NCBI RefSeq assembly: GCF_006345805.1
Contig: NC_043002.1
Span: 84,506,001 to 84,570,000 of the forward strand
From: Octopus sinensis
Lineage: Eukaryota
Reading direction: 5' to 3'
Length of the DNA: 64,000 nt
Made by a program: the position numbers and the translations under genes. Shown piece after piece: positions 1 through 9,059 of the stretch. The notes under the pieces are model-generated. The model searched no databases and was not told where the DNA came from. It saw only the letters and a program-made list of their open reading frames with translations. How positions within the stretch are numbered: the stretch's first letter is position 1; the number at the start of each line of letters is the position of its first letter.

Positions 1-205
1 AGAAACTGAAAGAAACCTGTGTCTGTGTTTGTCTCCTGCCCCTGATTGACAACTAGTGTTAGTATGTTTATGTTTCCATAACTTAGCAGTTCAGCAAAAG
101 AGACTGACAGAATAATTACTAGGCTTACTGGGATTGATTCATTTGACTAAAAACTCTTCATAACATGGTCACAGTCTAATGACTGAAATGAGTAAAACAA
201 TAAAA
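1..205 (+). mobile_element. 3' half of tRNA-derived SINE family B (CORE-like)
   Basis: Matches the 3' half of the full copy at 53352-53745 (GAAACTGAAAGAA...AACTTAGCxGTTC...GACTGAAA..AGTAAAA). Confidence 0.8.
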
Positions 206-239
206 AAGAGATCTGCATAGGTACGTGCATACATATATA

Positions 240-272
<33 letters not shown>

Positions 273-281
273 ATATATATA

Positions 282-995
282 TAATATTAAGCAATAAGGG
301 TTTAGCAACGAGTTGCCTTACCACATACCGAATTTAGAAATAGCAGTCAAAGGGTTATAGCTATTTCTTCTACTAAAAAGGGAGATCTCAGTAAAAACAG
401 CATTTGGAAGGCAGACACAAACAGGTAAGAGAGAATGAATTGACTGCAATCTATCATACATTTTTTTAGTTATCCACGGACGTACGTTGAATTCGGTGAT
501 ACCAGTTGCGGATTCTAGCTCGCTCTGATACTGAGTTGAGTTGGTGCCTTCTGGTATCTCAAAATTCAATATATAATCATTTATGATTATAGTATTCTAC
601 GCTGAAGAGAAAAGAAGTTTCGGTAAGATAGAATTATTTAATATTTAATATTTAATTCTTATGCTTTCCTAAAAACTTGATTTCGAAACGTACGTCCGTG
701 GATAACTAAAAAAATGTATGATAGATTGCAGTCAATTCATTCTCTCTTACCTGTTTGTGTCTGCCTTCCAAATGCTGTTTTTACTGAGATCTCCCTTTTT
801 AGTAGAAGAAATAGCTATAACCCTTTGACTGCTATTTCTAAATTCGGTATGTGGTAAGGCAACTCGTTGCTAAACCCTTATTGCTTAATATTACTTAAAT
901 TTTCCTCGAATGAGGCTTTTACATGCCGAAGACTACTTGGTGTAATTGATAATTTTTCCAATTAATTAATTTCACCCTTCATTATTACGGATAAC
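282..995 (+). mobile_element. Foldback element 1, PLE pseudo-LTR-like, non-coding
   Basis: 207-bp inverted arms 282-488 and 687-893 with no mismatch seen. Spacer 489-686, unique 3' extension 894-995, (TA)n at both ends, hammerhead motif inside. Confidence 0.8.
596..702 (+). ncRNA. Type I hammerhead ribozyme motif
   Basis: Stem I TCTACG(596-601)/CGTGGA(697-702) with one G-U pair; CTGAAGA 602-608; stem II GAAA(609-612)/TTTC(681-684); GAAA 685-688; palindromic stem III ACGTACGT; GTC site, predicted cut after 696. Confidence 0.8.
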
Positions 996-1012
996 TATAT
1001 ATATATATATAT

Positions 1013-1200
1013 ATCATCATTGTCATCATCGTTTAACGTCCGTTTTCCGCGCTAGCATGGGTTGGACTGTTCGACCGGGGTCTGGGAAGCCAGGAGGCTG
1101 CACCAGGCTCCAGTTTGATCTGGCAGTGTTTCTACAGCTGGATGCCCTTCCTAACGCCAACCACTCCGCGAGTGTAGTGGGTGCTTTTTACGTGCCACTG
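1013..1200 (-). mobile_element. RTE LINE 3' tail (family A)
   Basis: Reverse complement reads GGTTGGCGTTAGGAAGGGCATCC...CCAACCCATGCTAGC...(GAT)n. The same tail follows RT coding remnants at 37080-37810 and 39478-41160. Confidence 0.8.
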
Positions 1201-1947
1201 TTCACTGACAAAGCTTCGTGCTGCAACACGAAGCTTTGTCAGTGAATAGGTCGCGGTCTCAAAGCGCCGAAAATATTTCTACAAATTAAATTTAAATGTT
1301 GAAGTGAATCTAACGGTTTTGTGTGTTTCTTAAATGGCTTATAAACATCTTCCAAGCTGCAATTGTTTTTGTTCCAGCACACGATCTCAGATCAAGTCAC
1401 TCGCTATGCAAGTACATCTCTCTCTCTCTCTATATATATATATTGTTGTATTAGGAATGGTCATTTCGCCAGTTTAGCCAAATACAACAATATCTATTTC
1501 AACACACAATTTCACATCAAAAGTCTTGCAAAACAAATATATATATATATTGGACGGTACTCGCATGTATGTGTGCATGCACACAGCTGTATATGCATGC
1601 ATTAGCACAATGACCTGGCAATGCCGGGTCATAGTGCTAGTAGAAGAATATATATATATATATATAATTAATTAATAAGGGTGAGAGAATTAGATACTAA
1701 TTTAATAGTATATCTATTCTACACCAAGTGGCCTAGTGCTCCGAGAAACCTGGATTATTATAATATTTTATAATATATTATAATATTTTTACAAAATAAA
1801 TATAAGAGAGTGGTCACTATATGGCTCACTCTAGCACCAGTTAATCCAAAAGGTTTCAACCACAAAAATACATGTTTCCCATGAAAGTCAGTACGATTGT
1901 TAGCTCACACGGACAGGGCAAATAAAAAATAACAAAAATACAGATTA

Positions 1948-2029
1948 TTTTGGGACAATTGTTTCGCTATTAATGAATTAAATGTAATTTTACTTACAAA
2001 AAAATCCACTTGTAGCTCCTCAGCCAAAA
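1948..2029 (-). ncRNA. Type I hammerhead ribozyme motif (left arm, mirror copy)
   Basis: Reverse complement of 2224-2305, no difference seen. Confidence 0.85.
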
Positions 2030-2223
2030 CTATCTGGATGAAATCCACTCAATCACACGCCAGATTTTACCATAATGATAAATACGCGTGTGGTTCAATT
2101 GATTACATCCGACGTTAAGTTGGGGCATTTGAATTATAACGTCAGATGTAATCAATTGAACCACACGCGTATTTATCATTATGGTAAATCTGGCGTGTGA
2201 TTGAGTGGATTTCATCCGGATAG

Positions 2224-2305
2224 TTTTGGCTGAGGAGCTACAAGTGGATTTTTTTGTAAGTAAAATTACATTTAATTCATTAATAGCGAAACAATTGTCC
2301 CAAAA
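2224..2305 (+). ncRNA. Type I hammerhead ribozyme motif (right arm)
   Basis: Stem I TTTTGG/CCAAAA; CTGAGGA 2230-2236; stem II GCTA/TAGC; GAAA 2288-2291; palindromic stem III ACAATTGT; GTC site, cut after 2299. Confidence 0.85.
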
Positions 2306-2452
2306 TAATCTGTATTTTTGTTATTTTTTATTTGCCCTGTCCGTGTGAGCTAACAATCGTACTGACTTTCATGGGAAACATGTATTTTTGTGGTTGAAAC
2401 CTTTTGGATTAACTGGTGCTAGAGTGAGCCATATAGTGACCACTCTCTTATA

Positions 2453-2532
<80 letters not shown>

Positions 2533-2534
<2 letters not shown>

Positions 2535-2669
2535 CGCAGGAGTGGTTGTGTGGTAAGTAGCTTGCTAACCAACCACATGGTTCCGGGTTCAGTCCCACTG
2601 CGTGGCATCTTGGGCAAGTGTCTTCTGCTATAGCCCCGGGCCGACCAATGCCTTTTGAGTGGATTTGGT
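2533..2669 (+). mobile_element. SINE family B, 5' part
   Basis: tRNA-like head GGCGCAGGAGTGG..GTGTGGTAAG...GGTTCAGTCCC followed by the CORE-like GGCATCTTGGGCAAGTGTCTT. Confidence 0.85.
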
Positions 2670-2733
2670 ATATAACATATATATACCTATAATGTATATA
2701 TATATCTATAATATATATATATATATATATATA

Positions 2734-3726
2734 CAAATTGAGATAGGGGTTGTAAATGCAACCCTCCATGGGATAACATATATCCAATATACTGCTAGGG
2801 AAGTACCCAACAAAGTTAATACATAAATGTTAATGATTGCGATGTAATCAATTCATTTACTCTATTATGTGGGCAAAGGTAAAATGATTTACCACAAATT
2901 ACTAATACAAGATAAGAAAATGGAGAAATACATCTAAATCAAATATCAATTACCAGATAATACTCAATCACATACTTTATTAAACCACCACATAAGAGAC
3001 TGTAGGGTTAGATATAAAAGCAGAACAAATCAGTGTACATAAATGAATGTACATAAAAAAGTGTACATAAAAAAGTAATGTTGTATAATAAGTAGAATAT
3101 ATATAAAAGAGAATATAAATATAAGTATAGATTATATCTTACAGCTGTTTCGACCATGTAGATAAGTATGTCTCATTTTACCAATATTAGCCCTTTATGG
3201 TAGGTCAATATATAGATATAAATGAGACATTTACAAAAATATCATAAGGCCTCTTCGGAGATTATGTAATATAAATCAGTCTACATATATGTAATATAAA
3301 TCAGTCTACATATATACCCACATGGGTGTATATGTAGACTGATTTATATTACATAATCTCCGAAGAGGCCTTATGATATTTTTGTAAATGTTTCATTTAT
3401 ATCTATATATTGACCTACCATAAAGGGCTAATATTGGTAAAATGAGACATACTTATCTACATGGCCGAAACAGCTGTAAGATATAATCTATACTTATATT
3501 TATATTTACTTATATTTATATTCTCTTTTATATATATTCTACTTATTATACAACATTACTTTTTTATGTACACTTTTTTATGTACATTCATTTATGTACA
3601 CTGATTTGTTCTGCTTTTATATCTAACCCTACAGTCTCTTATGTGGTGGTTTAATAAAGTATGTGATTGAGTATTATCTGGTAATTGATATTTGATTTAG
3701 ATGTATTTCTCCATTTTCTTATCTTG

Positions 3727-3729
<3 letters not shown>
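2734..3729 (-). mobile_element. Foldback element 3, near-perfect palindrome, PLE pseudo-LTR-like
   Basis: Arms 2905-3320 and 3323-3729 with a 2-nt loop; three transitions seen and one short tandem duplication private to each arm. Unique extension 2734-2904, (TA)n at both ends. Confidence 0.8.
3356..3482 (+). ncRNA. Type I hammerhead-like motif with variant core CCGAAGA (mirror copy 3136-3262 on -)
   Basis: Stem I ATCT/AGAT; CCGAAGA 3360-3366 (U4 replaced by C); stem II GGCC/GGCC; GAAA 3467-3470; palindromic stem III ACAGCTGT; GTA site. Confidence 0.65.
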
Positions 3730-3757
<28 letters not shown>

Positions 3758-4500
3758 GTAACGATAAAAATTGAATTGGTAAACAATGTTATGATGATGT
3801 CGGTGGAGGCAGTGGATAACTATAATTATTTGTTGTTATGACGGCAAGTTGTAAGATGTGAAAGATGAACGATGCATGAAGTTTCAAGGAAACATTTATT
3901 TACCATTGCATTACAAATACCTTGCCTCGATGGGCAGGTTATGATAAATCCAAAAGCATGTGAAAGTTAGATGCGGTAGAATGTTTGAGTTTTGGTTCTC
4001 TTCATTGTTTAGTAGTAATTGCGGAGACAGATAGTATGATGTTGTAAGAGAACAGAATTAGAGCTAGTGAGAGTTGTATGGTGGGACATTGCTGACAGTA
4101 AACTTCATTTCTCCCCCTGACCAATGTTCTAGCTGGTCAGCCAGACTTCGTCGAGTCGTCAGGACTGTGACGAACTAACTTTTGCTTGGGATGTGCTGGC
4201 TTATATAACTATCCAGAAGGATAGATATATCATTGAGAACAATAGATTTAGTTGGTGATCTTGTTATCTCTATTCCAGCTTTTGGTGAAGTAGAAGAGGT
4301 TAGAAAGGGTCAAGTGGTGAAGACATTATTTCAGCCTAGCTAAAGGCATCTGGAAAATGTAAAACTGCTGTCAGAGAAAAACCATCGTTCCATCGTGGGA
4401 AAAGTTCTGTAGCAGTGTTAATTTAAATTTGGCTATGGTGGATCGAATCCACTTCATGCATGCAAGATATGCTACATATATATATATGTGTATGTGTGTG

Positions 4501-4538
<38 letters not shown>

Positions 4539-4857
4539 TTTGTAGAAATACATAAATCTGGAGGAGAAGCACACTCAAAGATGTAGAGCAGTTAATATTA
4601 TAGTGGCGTAGACCATTTTATGGGGTTACCCTGGATTTCTTGCTCATAAGGGGCTTAGCGCTATGGTGTATCTTCAGATCCCAAACACTGCTGGCCTGAG
4701 ACCTCTTCAAAATATGGATGGTGAAAAGCCTCATTATAAAGGTAAAACTCTAGGGGATTATCTCCCTTTGCCATTGGCCATTGATCTTCGGCAATACTGC
4801 CATCGTGCAGTCTCCAAAGTACCATGAAGGTAAACAATTGTCTCCTTTCAGACTTGG

Positions 4858-5232
4858 CTATTGGTTTCCGGCTGTAGCACCATCCTGCAGATTCCAAAAA
4901 GCCAGCAGGAATTTTCTAAAATGCAAGCATGGCCCGAAAATCTCCATCCTGGAGTTCAGGATGTCTCCTGGTACAAGTGAGTCTTTAAGGATTCTCATGT
5001 GTTCGGCAATGCATAACTTGCACTGTTTTGTCCTGTTGATGTAGGGGCCTGAATTCTTGAGTATTTTCCATATGATCAAGTATGGAATCTCTTCGTTTTG
5101 TAGTTACCAGACATGGCTGGCCAGTGATGTCATGTATTTCCTTTACAGGACTCTGAAGGAGGACTGATGATTGGAAATGGAAATACGCTGTTTGAGAGAA
5201 TTCCCAGAGCTCCCCATGTACTTCTGTGGACG
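4858..5232 (-). pseudogene. PLE-type GIY-YIG endonuclease C-terminal remnant
   Basis: Manual translation: KYMGSSGNSLKQRISISNHQSSFRVL*RKYMTSLASHVW*LQNEEIPYLIIWKILKNSGPYINRTKQCKLCIAEHMRIL...LNSRMEIFGPCLHFRKFLL. It shows a YIG-equivalent motif, an R..H helix and a CxxC...LNxRxE...CxH tail, with two in-frame stops. Confidence 0.8.
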
Positions 5233-5249
5233 TGTGATGTCATTGCGCC

Positions 5250-5690
5250 TGTTGCTGCTACCATTGCCACTGATGCTGTTGGTGGTATTGTCGCTGCTGG
5301 AGCTGGGCTGCTGCTGTTGGTGCTGGTGTTGGTTTTAGTGCTGGGGGCGGAGTGTCGGTGCCAGTCATATTCTCATCCCTGTGTGTGTTGCTTGTGCTGC
5401 AGTTGTTGCTGCTGGTAATGGCATTGCTGTTGTTGCTGTTGTTGCTGCTGTTATTGTTGTTGTCGTTGTTGCTGCTGCTGGTGTTGCTGGAGCCAGGGTT
5501 GCTGGAGCCAGGGTTGCTGGTGATGGTGGAGGATGTGGTGGTGGTGTCGGTAGTGCTATCACCACTGCTGGTTATGGAAGAGGCGCTGCCCCTGTTAATA
5601 ATGTTGCTGCTGCTGTTGTTGCCGTTACAGACAGTGATGGAACTGGATTTATTGCTTCTGCTACTACTACTATAGTGGCTAATAGGTCTG
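5250..5690. repeat. Low-complexity (GCT/GTT/GGT)n tract
   Basis: Degenerate trinucleotide repeats; these generate the overlapping poly-L/V/A/T ORFs in the track. Confidence 0.85.
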
Positions 5691-5941
5691 GCATTGTGGA
5701 CGTCAGGGAAGCTATTGGTAAGGCTTTGGTGACCGCAAGATGGCGGTGTGGCTGAAGATCGATGGTCAGTGGCAAGGGAAATAATCCTTAGGATTTTAGC
5801 CTTAAAATAAAGCTTTTCCCCCCTCTATATTTTGAAGAGATCTTGGGCCAGCAGTGTTTGGGGTTTGAAGATACGCCATAGAGCTAAGCCCCTTATAAGC
5901 GAGAAACCCAGGGCAACCCCATAAACTGGCTGACCCCACTA

Positions 5942-5942
5942 T

Positions 5943-5983
<41 letters not shown>
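5942..5983. repeat. (CAT)n microsatellite
   Basis: Direct reading. Confidence 0.95.
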
Positions 5984-5996
5984 ATATATATATCAC

Positions 5997-6547
5997 TTCA
6001 TCACTTGCATCTCTCCTGACACATGGGAAGGCATAGCTATTGATCGTAGCAGGTGGAGAAGGATTGTGCACTAGGGGACAGCCACTTTTGAGAAATCTCG
6101 AGTTGCACATGAGAAAGTAAGCAGGGATGTCAGGAAGGGCATCGCTGTTACACTTCCAGATGGGAAGGGTCTTCCTATGATGCTGACATGCAGTGTCTGT
6201 GCAAGACCCTGCCTCAGTAAAGCTGGACTCAAGAGTCATCTTCGTAGTCATAAAGCGAGACAGATGAGTGATAACCTGGCCACTGGTGGTGGTGTAACAC
6301 ACCATACTAATCATATCTGTTGGGCATGTGGAAGAGAGTGTAATTCGGAAGGAGGACTTAAACGACATGCAAAGGTACATGAAGCCCAGTTACGACTACA
6401 GCTGGCTATTACCGGTAAAGGTTTTAGTTGCCAATTCTGTACAAGACATGGTAGGTTTTTAGCTGGGCTAAAAAGTCACATTCGATCACAGCACCAGAAT
6501 CAGTTAAGCTTCGTGCAATGGCCATACTCGATAACGAGGGGGCAGCC
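5997..6547 (+). mobile_element. 3' end of an RTE (BovB-like) LINE with three C2H2-type zinc fingers
   Basis: The frame of ORF 6177 extends upstream as ISPDTWEGIAIDRSRWRRIVH*GTATFEKSR (RTE C-terminal motif), then CSVCARPCLSKAGLKSHLRSH, CWACGRECNSEGGLKRHAKVH and CQFCTRHGRFLAGLKSHIRSQH. It ends CTCGATAACGAGGGGGCAGCC followed by (TA)n. Confidence 0.8.
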
Positions 6548-6570
6548 ATATATATATATATATATATATA

Positions 6571-6609
<39 letters not shown>

Positions 6610-6835
6610 TATGTATATATGTATATATATATAGACAGAGAGAGAGAGAGAGAGAGAGATGGAATAGAGTTTGTGTCTGATGATAAGGATGATTGAAACG
6701 TGTGAGCAATATAATTCACTTTAGTGAGAAAGTTTTGACCATGTTTGATGCATAATAAATTTGTTGCAGTATAGCATATCAAAGTTTCCTAGTCAACATT
6801 TTGCAGCCTTTGTCAGAGTATCAATAGTATCAATA

Positions 6836-6871
<36 letters not shown>

Positions 6872-7443
6872 TATTTATGATAATTAAATTCTATTTTCTT
6901 CTCTCTCGAGAGGGTTGCCTGATGCAAAAAATAAGAAGAACTAGTTGTACCAGTTCTGTTCAGTTTGGATTGCCAAGTGACAAGATTTAAGGTTAGATAA
7001 TCTTTTATTACCTATATGATTATTAAAAAAATCTATTTTTGTCTCCATCATTAATGTTTGTGTTGATTAATCCACAAGCCACAAAATTATATAAAGTAGA
7101 GGAAACAAGTTTATTCCAGCTCTCCATCTGTTATTTCGTCTTACTTTTTTTCACCTGCTTATCCAATGTCTGTTGATATGATGGAACTATCACCTGTAAG
7201 ACAATTACATCCTGGCTCTTGTAATGACATTAAGCAATTATAGATTAATTATATTTTTTTTGTTTTTACTATAATGGTACTTATCTGGTATTCTTTATTG
7301 AACAATATATTAAACTTCATTTATGCTGCTGTTGTTCTAGAGAAACATATGAACATCATAAATTCTCATTTTGTGTTCTACTTTATAGGGCTTTTTTTTG
7401 TATAGTAAAAAATATCCACATTTTACTCATCTCATACATGTTG

Positions 7444-7477
<34 letters not shown>

Positions 7478-7478
<1 letters not shown>

Positions 7479-7975
7479 TCATCATCATCATCATTTAACA
7501 TCCGTTTTTCATGCTAGCATGGGTTGGACGATTTTGACTGAGGGCTGGCAACCAGATGGCTGCACCAGGCTCCAGTCTTGATCTGGCAGAGTTTCTACAG
7601 CTGGATGCCTTTGCTAATGCCAACCACTCCGAGTGTGTAGTGGGTGCTTTTTACATGCCACTGGCACGGGGGCCAGTCAGGTGGTACTGGCAATGACCTC
7701 ACTCGAACCTTTTTACACATGCCAGTGAAGCGACGTTGGTAACGATCACGTTCGAATGGTGCCCTTTTACATGTCACGAGTACAGAAGCCAGTTGGCTGC
7801 TCTGGCAACGATCATGCTCGGATGGTGTTCTTGGCACCTTACTAGCACAGGCATAAGTGCCAGTAAGGCGACGCTGGTAACAATCATACTCGAATAGCCG
7901 CTCTGTCAACGATCACACTCGTATGGTGCTCTTTGCACCCCGTTAGCACGGATGCCAGTCATTGAAATGATTTTG
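7478..7975 (-). mobile_element. RTE 3' tail (family A) with internal tandem units
   Basis: (CAT)n, the family A core, then degenerate ~60-bp units. Confidence 0.8.
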
Positions 7976-7985
7976 ATTTTGATTT

Positions 7986-8325
7986 AAATAAGAAAATGGA
8001 GAAACAAATTCATTTCGATTACATATTGATGTATATTGTTTTGTTCGATTTTGATGTTCCCATTTGTATAATTAATAAATTATGTGAAATTGTAATATCC
8101 GTAAGTTGATGATCGAAATGAATTTGTTTCTCTATTTTCTTATTTGTATTATGAATTTACGGTAAAAATATTTTTTACCTTCACACATTCAATACAATAA
8201 ATGAATTAATTGCATTGCAATTATAAGCATTTATGTATTTAGTATTTGGGTACTTTACCAGCAGTATATTGGATAACTGATATCCCATAGTGGGTTACTT
8301 TCATAACCCCTATCTTACTTTGTAC
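7986..8325 (+). mobile_element. Foldback element 4, same family as element 3, truncated
   Basis: 34-bp arms 7986-8019 and 8112-8145 with one mismatch. 8112-8325 aligns by eye to the reverse complement of about 2734-2945 and ends CCCCTATCTTACTTTGTAC(TA)n. Confidence 0.7.
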
Positions 8326-8331
8326 TATATA

Positions 8332-8393
<62 letters not shown>

Positions 8394-8395
<2 letters not shown>

Positions 8396-8542
8396 GGAGT
8401 AAACACATAAATGTGAAACAAGGTGGAAAAAAGAGTACTCAAATACCAGTGGTAGAGTAATATGCTTTATTTTAAGCATTTTAAGCAGCTGAAAATTCAA
8501 CAAAATCTGTTTTTGTTGAATTTTCTGCTGCTTAAAATAAAG
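8394..8542 (-). mobile_element. Short foldback element 5 between (TA)n tracts
   Basis: Hairpin 8465-8542 (CTTTATTTTAAGCA..GAAAATTCAACAAAA / TTTTGTTGAATTTTC..TGCTTAAAATAAAG) plus a unique extension 8394-8464. Confidence 0.6.
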
Positions 8543-8555
8543 TATATATATATAT

Positions 8556-8915
8556 AGGTACATGAGTGGCTGTGTGGTAAGTAGCTTGTTTACCAACCAA
8601 ATGGTTCCGGGTTCAGTCCCATTGCATGGCACCTTATAGCCTCGGGCCGACCAAAGCCTTTTGAGTGGATTTGGTAGACGGAAACTGAAAGAAGCCCGTC
8701 GTATATATGTATATATATATGTATGTGCATGTATGTTTGTGTGTCTATTTGTCCCACTAGCATTGCTTGACAACCGATGCTGGTGTGTTTATGTCCCCGT
8801 CGCTTAGCGGTTCGGCAAAAGAGGCCGATAGAATAAGTCCCAGGGTCGAGTTGCTTGATTAAAGGCGGTGCTCCAGCATGGGCGCTGTCAAAATGACTGA
8901 AACAAAGAAAAAGAG
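8556..8915 (+). mobile_element. SINE family B, near full length
   Basis: Head, CORE-like segment, internal (TA/TG)n and 3' tail are all present. Confidence 0.85.
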
Positions 8916-9059
8916 AAAAAGATATATATATATGTATGTATATATAAATATGTGTATGTGTGTGAGTGTGTGCATATATGTGTTTGTATGTGTGTGTGTG
9001 TGTGAGTGTATATGTGTGTGTGTGTGTGTGTGTATATAAATAAAGATGGAGGAGGTTCA

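Larger units (their letters stand above)
1667..2459 (-). mobile_element. Foldback element 2, PLE pseudo-LTR-like
   Basis: Arms of about 324 bp (1794-2117 and 2137-2459) with a 19-bp spacer; two transitions and one 1-nt indel seen. Unique extension 1667-1793, (TA)n at both ends. Confidence 0.8.
4537..5943 (-). mobile_element. 5'-truncated Penelope-like element with inverted pseudo-LTRs
   Basis: GIY-YIG C-terminal remnant lies between diverged inverted repeats of about 220 bp (4599-4819 and 5724-5943, roughly 75-80% by eye) that contain degenerate hammerheads. The 3' end abuts (TA)n at 4536. Confidence 0.8.

Noticed and set aside
4100-4175. Minus-strand CTGACGA...GAAA hammerhead candidate
   Set aside because: Stem II does not close on GAAA, and no stem III or NUH site follows.
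5167-5775. Overlapping poly-Leu/Val/Ala/Thr ORFs resembling membrane or secreted proteins
   Set aside because: They are products of a trinucleotide tract that is open in several frames on both strands.
6177-6680. Host C2H2 transcription factor gene
   Set aside because: It is in frame with an RTE C-terminal motif containing a stop, ends in a LINE 3' end, and its YI tail is (TA)n.
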